From the NCBI GenBank assembly GCA_002328865.1, contig DCWO01000060.1, positions 1 through 48,747 on the forward strand: DNA of 48,747 nucleotides, read 5' to 3'. Below are positions 9,271 to 18,550 of the stretch, piece after piece; the first letter of the stretch is position 1; each line of letters begins with the position of its first letter. The position numbers were made by a program, and so were the translations under genes. The notes below the pieces were generated by a model. It was not told the DNA's origin and did no database searches. It saw nothing but the letters and a program-made list of their open reading frames with translations. The DNA comes from Dehalococcoidia bacterium UBA2160 (GTDB taxonomy: Bacteria > Chloroflexota > Dehalococcoidia > Lucifugimonadales > UBA1123).

Positions 9271-9457
9271 GCGACTGTGCCGTTTGCAAGGACGGCGCGC
9301 TGGACGTGCTAGCGAACAGCCGACGCTTCGGACATGGGCCGCGACGACGGTCACCCGGAGGCAGGCTGAGGCCACGGGGCTACACTCTCGGCAACCGCTG
9401 AGGGAGAGGGATCCGATCAGTCAAACGAGCTCGCACAGGGACAGTGAGGCGCAAGCC

Positions 9458-10876
9458 TTGACGGCTGCAGAGGGTCCGCATGAGGCCTGCGGCGTGGTCG
9501 GTGTTTACGCCCGCGGCGAGGACGTAGCCAGGATCGCTTTCTTCGGTCTCTACGCTCTCCAGCATCGCGGGCAGGAGAGTTCTGGGATCTCAGCCGCGGA
9601 CGGCGATCGAATCCGCACCCGCACGTCAATGGGCCTGATCAGCCAAGCCTTTCACGAAGACCACCTCACCGACCTCCCCGGCCACATCGCAATCGGCCAT
9701 ACTCGTTACTCCACCACCGGCTCCAACCGCATCGACAACGCTCAACCGGTCTTGGCCAAGGGGCCGTCGGTGGAACTCGCGCTCGCACACAACGGCAACG
9801 TCATTAACGCTGTTCAGCTCCGCGAGGAGCTAGAAGCGGAAGACTACCGGCTGGCTGGCACGTCAGATTCCGAGATCGTCGCCTTCGTCTTGGCCACGGC
9901 GCCATCCGACAACTGGACCGGCCGGATCGCCCATGCAATGCGCAAGCTACAAGGCGCATACTCGCTAACCGTGCTCAGCAAGGACGCCCTGATAGGGATC
10001 AGGGACCCTCTGGGCGTGCGTCCCCTGTGCATCGGCCGGCTCAACGGCGGCTGGGTCATTGCCTCTGAATCGTGCGCCCTGGACCACGTCGGTGCGACTT
10101 ACGTCAGGGAGATCGAGCCGGGCGAAGCGGTGATAATCGACGGCGACGGTATGAGGACCGTGTATCGAAGCAGCCAAAACGGCCGGCGCGCGAACTGCAT
10201 TTTCGAGAACATTTACTTTGCCCGCCCGGACAGCCTGATAAACGGCCGACTGCTGTACAAAGACAGGATGCGAATGGGAGCGGAGTTGGCAAGGGAGCAT
10301 GCGGTGGACGCCGACATGGTAATTGGCGTGCCCGACTCCGCAACCGCTTCCGCCGTCGGGTACTCCCAAGAGTCCGGCATCCCATTCGGCGAAGGGCTCG
10401 TCAAGAATCGCTACGTTGGCCGAACGTTCATCCAACCGGACCAACGATTCAGGGAATTGGGCGTCCGAAGAAAGCTCAATCCGCTGCCCGAGCTGATCAA
10501 GGGCAAGCGGGTCGTTGTTGTTGACGACAGCATTGTTCGAGGGACGACCACGCCCCACGTGGTGAACCTGTTGCGTCGCGGCGGGGCCGCGGAGATACAC
10601 CTAAGAATCTGTGCGCCGCCGATCGTGTCCACGTGTCACTTCGGCGTCGACATGGCAACGAAGCAGGAGCTCATTGCATCGGACAAAACCGTCGAGGAGA
10701 TCCGGCAATTCGTCGGCTCGGACTCGTTGGGTTACCTGAGCATCAAAGGCTTGACCGACGCCGTGGGCATTCCCCGCGAGAACTTCTGCATGGGTTGCTT
10801 TACCGGCCAGTACCCCATCCCCGTCCAGCTCGAGATGGACAAGCTCGTGATGGAGGCGCAGGCCACGGCTGACTGA
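9458..10876 (+). CDS. purF: Amidophosphoribosyltransferase
   Basis: Propeptide HEA/CGVVG, LQHRGQES, GHTRYSTTG, AHNGN, VDDSIVRGTT and the Fe-S Cys motif CMGCFTG. Start moved to TTG 9458. Confidence 0.97.
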   Translation: MTAAEGPHEACGVVGVYARGEDVARIAFFGLYALQHRGQESSGISAADGDRIRTRTSMGLISQAFHEDHLTDLPGHIAIGHTRYSTTGSNRIDNAQPVLAKGPSVELALAHNGNVINAVQLREELEAEDYRLAGTSDSEIVAFVLATAPSDNWTGRIAHAMRKLQGAYSLTVLSKDALIGIRDPLGVRPLCIGRLNGGWVIASESCALDHVGATYVREIEPGEAVIIDGDGMRTVYRSSQNGRRANCIFENIYFARPDSLINGRLLYKDRMRMGAELAREHAVDADMVIGVPDSATASAVGYSQESGIPFGEGLVKNRYVGRTFIQPDQRFRELGVRRKLNPLPELIKGKRVVVVDDSIVRGTTTPHVVNLLRRGGAAEIHLRICAPPIVSTCHFGVDMATKQELIASDKTVEEIRQFVGSDSLGYLSIKGLTDAVGIPRENFCMGCFTGQYPIPVQLEMDKLVMEAQATAD

Positions 10877-11017
10877 TGGCTTTGGGCGGGCTCCTGAGGC
10901 AATTGTCGAGGCGCCCGGACGTGTTGTGCCTCGGTCGTACAGGATTGCTGCCATGACATGGCGTGAAATGTCGCCCCTTGGCGTTGCTACATTCTTGGGA
11001 CCGTCCTGTCCGGTGGT

Positions 11018-11647
11018 GTGAGATTGGCAGCGAAGAAACTTTCCATCGGCGTCCTAACCTCCCACGGAGGGACCAACCTCCAGTCCATTATCGACGCGAG
11101 CAATGAAGGGCGGCTTGACGCCGAGATACGAGTGGTCATCTGCAACAACTCCCGCGCCGCGGCGTTGGAGCGCGCCCGCAGGGAAGGCATCCCCGTGCGG
11201 CATTTGAGCGGCAAGACTCATTCCGGCGAGGCCGAGCTCGACGACGCGATTGCATCCACGCTGACGGAGCACGGCTCGGAGGTCGTGGTGTTGGCCGGTT
11301 ACATGAAGAAACTGGGACCGGTGACGCTCGGGCGGTTCGCCGGGCGCATTCTCAACGTTCATCCGGCGCTCTTGCCGAAGTTCGGCGGACAGGGCATGTA
11401 CGGGCTCAGCGTGCATCGAGCCGTGTTGGATGCGGGAGAGTCCGTTTCCGGGGTCAGCATCCACGTCGTCGACGAGCACTACGACCACGGACCCGTCATC
11501 GCTCAACGGCAGGTCGATGTTTTGGACGGAGATACGCCCGAGGATCTCGCCGAGCGAGTTTTGGAGCAAGAACACGCGCTGTACCCGGAAACGCTGCAGA
11601 AGATCGCTTCGGGTGAGATCGACCTGCTCAAAATCGCCTGCGATTAG
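11018..11647 (+). CDS. purN: Phosphoribosylglycinamide formyltransferase
   Basis: SHGGTNLQSII, LAGYMK, LNVHPALLPKFGG, YDHGPVI and EH. Confidence 0.96.
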   Translation: MRLAAKKLSIGVLTSHGGTNLQSIIDASNEGRLDAEIRVVICNNSRAAALERARREGIPVRHLSGKTHSGEAELDDAIASTLTEHGSEVVVLAGYMKKLGPVTLGRFAGRILNVHPALLPKFGGQGMYGLSVHRAVLDAGESVSGVSIHVVDEHYDHGPVIAQRQVDVLDGDTPEDLAERVLEQEHALYPETLQKIASGEIDLLKIACD

Positions 11648-11756
11648 CATCCGCAAGACCAGTACACGCGGAGTATTGGCGCTCGGGCAGCGTTGATCGC
11701 TGTCCGGCCTGTCGCGTGGACTCCGGGTTAATCGACAATATGAAGGTTATCATTCC

Positions 11757-12776
11757 ATGACAGATCGAACGTACAAAGAAGCCGGCGTCGACCTCGAAGC
11801 GTCGCAAGACATCAAGCGCCGGATCAGGGACATCGTCACGCCCACCCACGGCCCCGAGGTGCTGGCAGGGGTCGGCGCATTCGGCGCGATGTACAGCTTC
11901 GGCGGCTACCGCGATCCGGTGCTGGTCTCGAGCACCGATCCGGTGGGCACCAAGCTGAAGATCGCCGTGATGATGGACCGCTTTGACGGGATCGGCGAAG
12001 ACCTGGTGAACGCGTGCGTCAACGACGTGATCGTGTGCGGCGCGGCGCCGATCTTCTTCCTGGACTACATCAACATGAGCATGCTGCGGCCCGATGTCGT
12101 CGAAACGCTGGTTACGGGCATGGCTCGGGCGTGCAGCCACGTGAACTGCGCCTTGATCGGAGGCGAAACGGCCGAGATGCCGGGCGTGTTCGCTGACGAC
12201 AACTTTGACGTGTCGGGTTTCGTCGTCGGCGTGGTGGAACGGTCCGAGATGATCGATCCTTCGACTGTGCGCGAAGGCGACGTCCTGATCGGGCTTCCGT
12301 CCAACGGCCTCCACACGAACGGCTACTCTCTTGTCCGGCGCGTGTACGACCTCGAACACGACGCCTCTCCGCTCACCGAGCAGCGGTCCGAACTCGGCGA
12401 GACGCTCGGTGAGGCGCTGCTGCGGCCTCATCCGTCGTACCACGGTGCCCTCGAACCCGTCTACTCGCACGTCAAAGGCATCGCCCACATCACCGGCGGC
12501 GGACTGATCGAGAACGTGCCCAGGATGTTGCCTGACGGGGTCGGCGCCCACTTCGATACCGCTTCCTGGCCCTCCCTCGCGATCTTCAACCTGATCCAGG
12601 AAGACGGCGGCATCCACCGCGACGAGATGTACCGGGTGTTCAACATGGGCCTCGGCATGGTGCTCGTCTGCGACCCCGCGGAAGCCGACGACGTGCTCAC
12701 CCTCACACCGGACGCGACGGTCGTCGGCGAGATCGCGGCGGCTGAGGATGGCAATGACGGTGTTATCATTTCATAG
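11757..12776 (+). CDS. purM: Phosphoribosylformylglycinamidine cyclo-ligase
   Basis: YKEAGVD, VGTKL, GGETAEMPG, SNGLHTNGYS, AHITGGG and FNMGLG. Confidence 0.97.
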   Translation: MTDRTYKEAGVDLEASQDIKRRIRDIVTPTHGPEVLAGVGAFGAMYSFGGYRDPVLVSSTDPVGTKLKIAVMMDRFDGIGEDLVNACVNDVIVCGAAPIFFLDYINMSMLRPDVVETLVTGMARACSHVNCALIGGETAEMPGVFADDNFDVSGFVVGVVERSEMIDPSTVREGDVLIGLPSNGLHTNGYSLVRRVYDLEHDASPLTEQRSELGETLGEALLRPHPSYHGALEPVYSHVKGIAHITGGGLIENVPRMLPDGVGAHFDTASWPSLAIFNLIQEDGGIHRDEMYRVFNMGLGMVLVCDPAEADDVLTLTPDATVVGEIAAAEDGNDGVIIS

Positions 12777-12808
12777 TTTAGCCCGTGTTGTTCAAAGGGA
12801 GGTTCGTC

Positions 12809-14335
12809 GTGGGAGTTGAGGCGTGGGCTCCGATTCGACCGCTGACTTCGGCGGACTCGCAAGCAGACTTCGCCGAGATCGACGCTTTGCAGTCCGAGTG
12901 GTTGGAAGTCAAGCATAGGGCGGATCAGTCCACTCCTGCTCTTTATCAAGAATTCAACGACCGTCTCGATCGCGAGTGGGCAATCGAGACAGGGATAATT
13001 GAAGGGTTGTACCAGCTAGACAGAGGCGTGACCGCCACCCTGGTTGAACAGGGGCTTCTCAGCGAACTCATTGAGCGGAATTCCACTGACAGAGATCCTC
13101 AAGAACTGATCGTCGTTTTGAAAGACCACGTAAACGCCATTGAGCAAGTAAACTCTTGGATTCGGCAATCACGGCCGTTGACGAAGTGGTTTATGCAAAG
13201 CCTCCATCAAACGCTTACGAAACATCAGCCGACTTACAGGGCAATTGATCAGTTCGGAAACGAATTCCAGGCACGTCTGGAACACGGTGAGTTCAAGAGA
13301 CTCCCCAACAATCCGACTCGTTCAAACGGCAGGCTTCATCAGTACTGCCCGCCGGAGCAGGTGGACAGCGAACTCGACAACCTTGTGGCTTGGTATGAAG
13401 ATCATGGTTCATTGGGTTCCCATCCTCTGGCAGTTGGGGCGTGGCTGCATCACAGATTCGCGCAGATCCACCCGTTCCAAGATGGGAACGGGCGACTCGC
13501 GCGAGCATTACTCGCCTGGCATCTGGTAAAAGAACGGTTCTTGCCCATTGTAATTGCTAGAGACAATCGCGATCGGTATATCAGTGCGCTCGAGCAAGCG
13601 GACGATGGTGACCTTTCGCACTTAGTTTCTCTATTCGTCGAACTAGAGAAAGCCACTATCCTCAAAGCGCTGAGCGTTGGCGAAAGTTTCGACTCAAACG
13701 TAATTGAAAACGTCGTGGACCAAATTGTTGATACGTTTGAGTTGCGTCGAGCGGACGAGGCGACTCAACTCAGATCTGTGAACGACACGGCGACAGAACT
13801 AAGACGCGTAGCTGAGGAGGCAATTGAAGGACTATCAGCCGACGTAACATCTGGGTTGTCAACGCGGATCGGCCTGAACGTCGTGCACAGAATTCAAGTT
13901 GGTGGCCCGGATGAGGGAAATGATTACTGGTATAGATGGCAGGTTCTGAATTCCGCAAAACACACGAACCACTGGGTGAATCTTCGCGAACCTAGATACT
14001 TTATCCAGTTGTTAATGAATTCGCCACAGGTCGACAAAACGCCCCGGTTAGTAGTTGTGTTCTCAATTCACAACGTTGGGAGGCAACTGACAGGCGTAAT
14101 GGCTGCCACCGCATTTGCCGAACTGACCTATCCAACCGGGCGCGATGACTACGGGGAAAACATGCCGGATGGCATAGCACGCGAGACCGATTTTGAAGTG
14201 TGCAGCGTGGAGGCATTTACGTTTACTTGGAAAGATGCCACCCAGGATCTCGCGCCCAGGTTCTCAAGATGGATCGCCCAGTGTTATGGTATCGCTCTCA
14301 AGAAATGGGGCGAAGCACTTGTTGAAAACATATGA
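12809..14335 (+). CDS. Fic family protein (class II-type, N-terminal inhibitory motif) with unknown C-terminal domain
   Basis: HPFQDGNGRLAR Fic motif; TGIIEG fits (S/T)xxxE(G/N). GTG 12809 follows GGAGG. Visibly more AT-rich than its neighbours. Confidence 0.9.
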   Translation: MGVEAWAPIRPLTSADSQADFAEIDALQSEWLEVKHRADQSTPALYQEFNDRLDREWAIETGIIEGLYQLDRGVTATLVEQGLLSELIERNSTDRDPQELIVVLKDHVNAIEQVNSWIRQSRPLTKWFMQSLHQTLTKHQPTYRAIDQFGNEFQARLEHGEFKRLPNNPTRSNGRLHQYCPPEQVDSELDNLVAWYEDHGSLGSHPLAVGAWLHHRFAQIHPFQDGNGRLARALLAWHLVKERFLPIVIARDNRDRYISALEQADDGDLSHLVSLFVELEKATILKALSVGESFDSNVIENVVDQIVDTFELRRADEATQLRSVNDTATELRRVAEEAIEGLSADVTSGLSTRIGLNVVHRIQVGGPDEGNDYWYRWQVLNSAKHTNHWVNLREPRYFIQLLMNSPQVDKTPRLVVVFSIHNVGRQLTGVMAATAFAELTYPTGRDDYGENMPDGIARETDFEVCSVEAFTFTWKDATQDLAPRFSRWIAQCYGIALKKWGEALVENI

Positions 14336-14359
14336 TACATGGGAACGTGAAAGCCTGAA

Positions 14360-15898
14360 GTGAAAGCACTCCTTAGCACATACGACAAGACCGGATTGGC
14401 GGACCTGGGACGGCATCTGAGCGATGCCGGGTACGACCTGGTCAGCACCGGCGGCACCGCCCGAGACCTCAGGGATGTCGGACTACAGGTGCAAGAGGTG
14501 TCGGAGATGACCGGGTCACCGGAGATTCTGGGCGGTCGCGTGAAGACGCTGCATCCGGTGGTCCACGGCGGCATACTCGCGCTTCGCGATGAGCCCGGCC
14601 ACGAGGCCGAGTTGGCGCAGCACGAGATCGATACGATAGATGTGGTCGTCGGAAATCTTTACCCGTTCGTCGAGACCGTAAGCCGCCCCGGCGTTACGCT
14701 CGCGGACGCTTTGGAGAACATCGACATCGGCGGGCCGACGATGATCCGAGCCGCGGCGAAGAATCATCCCCACGTGCTAGTAGTCGTCGATCCCGGGGAC
14801 TACGACTGGATCGGAGAGCGTGTTGCAGCCAAAGGCGCCGTTCCGGATGCGTTCACGCCGTCGGAGCGCAAAGAACTGGCTCGCAAGGCGTTCCAGCACG
14901 TCGCCCTCTACGACACGGCCATATCGCGGTACCTGGACGAAGGCGAATCAGGCGCATCGTGGGCCGAGTTCACGATCGGCCTGAACCGGGTGGCCGACCT
15001 GCGCTACGGGGAGAACCCGCATCAGGCCGCGACTCTGTATTCTTCGGAGTTGTCGTCAGGCGGAATCGTGGACGCCGAACGGCTGCACGGGCTGGGGATG
15101 TCGTTCACGAATGTATTGGACGCCGACGCCGCTTGGCGGGTCGTGTCCGATTTCGATGAAGACGCCGTCGCTGTAGTCAAGCATACCAACCCGTGCGGTC
15201 TTGCGATGCATCCGGACCAGCCAACCGCCTATCGGCGCGCATTCGAGGGCGATTCCGTTTCGGCTTACGGTGGCATCGTCGGTTTCAACAGGCCGGTCAC
15301 GGCAGCGACCGCAGAGGCGATGCGGGGCGTGCTGTACGACATTATCGTTGCGCCCGGATACGATTCTGACGCGTTGGCCGTGCTCAAAAAGAGGCGAAGG
15401 ACACGCATCCTCCGGATCGGCCAGGCGTCTGGTCCGATGGAAGGACTGGACGTGCGAACAGTGTCCGGTGGAATGCTCGTGCAGACCGGCGACGTGCTCG
15501 AAGAGGAACCATCGGGCTGGACAGTGGCCACACAGCGGTCGCCCACCGACAACGAGCTCAGAGACCTGGCATTTGCGTGGAAAGTCTGCAAGCACATCAA
15601 GTCGAACACCATCGCGCTGGCAAGCGACAGGGCTCTTGTGGGCATGGGCGCGGGTCAACCCAACCGGGTGACAAGCGTCCATTTGGCTCTTCGAATTGGT
15701 GGTGACCGCGCGATCGGAAGCGTGATGGCGTCCGATGCTTACTTCCCGTTCGCTGACAGCGTCGAGATGGCCGCCGAGGGAGGCGTAACAGCCATCGTGC
15801 AACCTGGCGGGTCTATCCGTGACGAAGAGTCGATCGAGGCGGCCAACCGGCTTGGCCTGGCGATGGTCCTAACCGGCGTCCGCCATTTCCGCCACTAA
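14360..15898 (+). CDS. purH: Bifunctional AICAR transformylase / IMP cyclohydrolase
   Basis: STGGT, GRVKTLHP, IDIGGPTMIRAAAKN, LRYGENPHQ, KHTNPCG, ASDAYFPF and QPGGSIRD. Confidence 0.98.
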   Translation: MKALLSTYDKTGLADLGRHLSDAGYDLVSTGGTARDLRDVGLQVQEVSEMTGSPEILGGRVKTLHPVVHGGILALRDEPGHEAELAQHEIDTIDVVVGNLYPFVETVSRPGVTLADALENIDIGGPTMIRAAAKNHPHVLVVVDPGDYDWIGERVAAKGAVPDAFTPSERKELARKAFQHVALYDTAISRYLDEGESGASWAEFTIGLNRVADLRYGENPHQAATLYSSELSSGGIVDAERLHGLGMSFTNVLDADAAWRVVSDFDEDAVAVVKHTNPCGLAMHPDQPTAYRRAFEGDSVSAYGGIVGFNRPVTAATAEAMRGVLYDIIVAPGYDSDALAVLKKRRRTRILRIGQASGPMEGLDVRTVSGGMLVQTGDVLEEEPSGWTVATQRSPTDNELRDLAFAWKVCKHIKSNTIALASDRALVGMGAGQPNRVTSVHLALRIGGDRAIGSVMASDAYFPFADSVEMAAEGGVTAIVQPGGSIRDEESIEAANRLGLAMVLTGVRHFRH

Positions 15899-16014
15899 CC
15901 CTCAACGAGTGTTCCCAATGCGGCCTCCAACCGTTTCGCATTTCACCATGAGAACTGATGGCGGAATCGAGCCGCTCATGTCACGGCTTCGACCAAATCA
16001 GGGGAGCGGCAGCT

Positions 16015-16779
16015 GTGGGCGTTAGGTTGGATGTCGTGCTGCCGGTGCTGAATGAAGAGCGCGGCCTAGCCGCCAGCGTTGGAGTCCTCGAAGCGTTTCT
16101 CTCGCGTCACATGGACTCATACGACTGGCGGATTGTCATCGCCGACAATGGGTCGACTGACGCCACCCCGGACATCTGCCGAGAGTTGACAGACAAGCGC
16201 GAGCGTGTCGAGTTCGTCCGATTGGAGCGACGCGGTCGCGGGCGGGCGCTCAAGCTAGCGTGGGCCGAGAGCGAGGCAGACATCTTGGCGTACATGGACC
16301 TGGACCTGTCCACGGACCTCGTCGCTTTGCCGGTGTTGGTCGACGCCATCGCGTCCGAGGGCTACGACATCGCGATCGGCTCACGGCTCAAACGCGGCGC
16401 CGAGGTAATTGGCCGCTCTGCCCGACGTGAAGTGATCTCGCGCTGCTACAGCCTCATCTTCCGCGTGATGTTCCTGACCGGCTTTCTGGACGCCCAATGC
16501 GGATTCAAAGCACTGAGCCGTCGAGCCGTGACCGATGTTGTGCCGTTGGTGCGGGACACCGGCTGGTTTTTCGACACGGAGCTGCTTATCCTGGCGGAGA
16601 AGAACGGTTATCGCGTCAAAGAGACGCCCGTGAAATGGACGGACGATCCCGACAGTCGAGTCAAGATCGTCAGCACCGCGCTCGAAGACCTAAAGGGGCT
16701 GTTGCGGCTCAGGTTCGGCGGACTGCGAAAAGCGAGCCGCGCCCTGTCGTCTCGTGCGCCTACCTGGCCCGCGGAGTGA
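16015..16779 (+). CDS. GT2 glycosyltransferase (polyprenol-phosphate glycosyltransferase-like)
   Basis: VVLPVLNEE, ADNGSTDAT, YMDLDLS, DAQCGFKA and WFFDTELL. Confidence 0.9.
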   Translation: MGVRLDVVLPVLNEERGLAASVGVLEAFLSRHMDSYDWRIVIADNGSTDATPDICRELTDKRERVEFVRLERRGRGRALKLAWAESEADILAYMDLDLSTDLVALPVLVDAIASEGYDIAIGSRLKRGAEVIGRSARREVISRCYSLIFRVMFLTGFLDAQCGFKALSRRAVTDVVPLVRDTGWFFDTELLILAEKNGYRVKETPVKWTDDPDSRVKIVSTALEDLKGLLRLRFGGLRKASRALSSRAPTWPAE

Positions 16780-16923
16780 GACTCGTGGAATACGCTACGA
16801 AACGAAGATCGACGCCGGCCAGCGAGGTTGCTGGCGCCTTGCGGTTTCAACGGCCTCACGGTAACATATCGAATCCGAAGGGCGAAGGATTAGAATGAAA
16901 AACCCTGCAATGACGAGGCGGAC

Positions 16924-17463
16924 ATGGCCAACCTGGTCCTGGTAGTGGACGTGGTCGTGGGCTTTATGGAGCCGGGCCGGAATCTGTACACCGGAGACAA
17001 TGCGCGTCAGATCATCCCGAATATCAGACGGTTGATCGAGAAGGAACAGGCCAACGGCTCCAGCGTCATTTTTGTTTGCGACACCCACGATCCCGACGAC
17101 CTCGAGTTCGAAATGTTCCCTGTGCATTGCGTGAAGGGAACGGACGAATGCGAGATTATTCCCGAGCTCACGGAATATCGGGGCGACACGTTGCGCAAGC
17201 GCAGGTACAGCGCGTTTTTCGAAACCGATTTGGAACATCGGTTATCAGAGTTGAAACCGGAAAAGATCGTCATCTGCGGCGTGTGCACTGACATATGCGT
17301 GATGCACACCGCCGCCGATGCCCGCAATCGGGACTATGCGGTGGAAGTGCCGGTCGATTGTGTGGCATCCTTTGATGACGATGCCCATCGGTATGCTCTC
17401 CAGCATATGGAACGCATCTTGGGCGTGAATATTGTCGAACCCGCGCCGACGGAAGGGGCATAA
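16924..17463 (+). CDS. pncA: Nicotinamidase / isochorismatase family cysteine hydrolase
   Basis: VVDVVVGF, DTHDPDD, PVHC, KRRYSAF and GVCTDICV; adjacent to the nicotinate PRTase. Confidence 0.8.
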   Translation: MANLVLVVDVVVGFMEPGRNLYTGDNARQIIPNIRRLIEKEQANGSSVIFVCDTHDPDDLEFEMFPVHCVKGTDECEIIPELTEYRGDTLRKRRYSAFFETDLEHRLSELKPEKIVICGVCTDICVMHTAADARNRDYAVEVPVDCVASFDDDAHRYALQHMERILGVNIVEPAPTEGA

Positions 17464-17551
17464 AGCCTCCCTGTCTCTTACAACACTGCCAGCGTATGCC
17501 GGACACCGGTCCGGTCCGGCGCGCCGGAGAATGCTCGTCAGGTAACAATTA

Positions 17552-18550
17552 ATGGTTAACACACCGTTTGACATCCGACCTTCGATCCTCGTGGGCGACA
17601 CCGCCGACGTTTATCTGCAGCGCACCCTCACAATCCTGAGGAACGAAAGCATCAACCCCACGGTCACGATGGAGTTCTTCGCGAGGAGCTCCGGCGTCTA
17701 CTGCGGGATCAGGGAGGTGCGGTCGCTCCTGACCAAGGTCCTGCCCGAGTCGGGAAGCGAGGTCTGGTCGCTGCAGGAGGGTGAGACGATCCAATCTGGC
17801 GAGGTCGTGCTGCGGATCAAGGCGCCGTACAGCTCGTTCGGACTGTACGAAACGACAATCTGCGGCGTTCTGGCGTCGTGCACGGGCTGGGCCACGGCAG
17901 CTAGCGAGTGCGTCGAAGCAGCGGACGGCATACCGGTGGTTGCATCCGCGGCACGGCACGTGCATCCCAACGTCGCGGCCAACATCGACTATGCGGCGGT
18001 TGTTGGCGGATGCGTCTCGTGCTCCACCGTGATGGGGGCCCGTCTGGCGGGCATTACGCCCAGCGGCAACATGCCCCACGCGCTTCCGCTCATCATGGGC
18101 GACGCGGTCAAGGCCATCCAGTCGTTCGACCGTCACATGCCCCAGGAAGTGCCCCGCATCGCGCTTGTCGACACGTTCAACGACGAGGCGCAGGAGTCAC
18201 TGGAGGTGGCGCAAGCGTTGCGAGAGCGGCTCAGGGGCGTCCGGTTGGACACTCCGCCAGAACGGGGAGGCGTAACCCCCGATCTGGCGAAAGAGGTCAG
18301 GGCGCGGCTGGACCAGGCCGGTTTCCGGCACGTCGAGATATTCGTGAGCGGCGGGTTTACTCGCGACCGCATCCGGCAGTTTGTGGAGGCTGGAGCGCCA
18401 ATCAACGGGTTCGCTGTTGGCAGCTACATCTCGTCGACCCCGCCCAACGACTTTACCGCCGACATCCACGAGATCGACGGGCGACCCATCGCCAAGCGGG
18501 GCCGGACGCCAGGCGTGACCCAAAGTCCCAGGTTGGACCGGGTCATGTAA
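17552..18550 (+). CDS. pncB: Nicotinate phosphoribosyltransferase (short, Thermoplasma-like type)
   Basis: ADVYL, GNMPHAL (phospho-His), LVDTFN, GVRLDTP, VSGG and AKRG. Confidence 0.85.
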   Translation: MVNTPFDIRPSILVGDTADVYLQRTLTILRNESINPTVTMEFFARSSGVYCGIREVRSLLTKVLPESGSEVWSLQEGETIQSGEVVLRIKAPYSSFGLYETTICGVLASCTGWATAASECVEAADGIPVVASAARHVHPNVAANIDYAAVVGGCVSCSTVMGARLAGITPSGNMPHALPLIMGDAVKAIQSFDRHMPQEVPRIALVDTFNDEAQESLEVAQALRERLRGVRLDTPPERGGVTPDLAKEVRARLDQAGFRHVEIFVSGGFTRDRIRQFVEAGAPINGFAVGSYISSTPPNDFTADIHEIDGRPIAKRGRTPGVTQSPRLDRVM

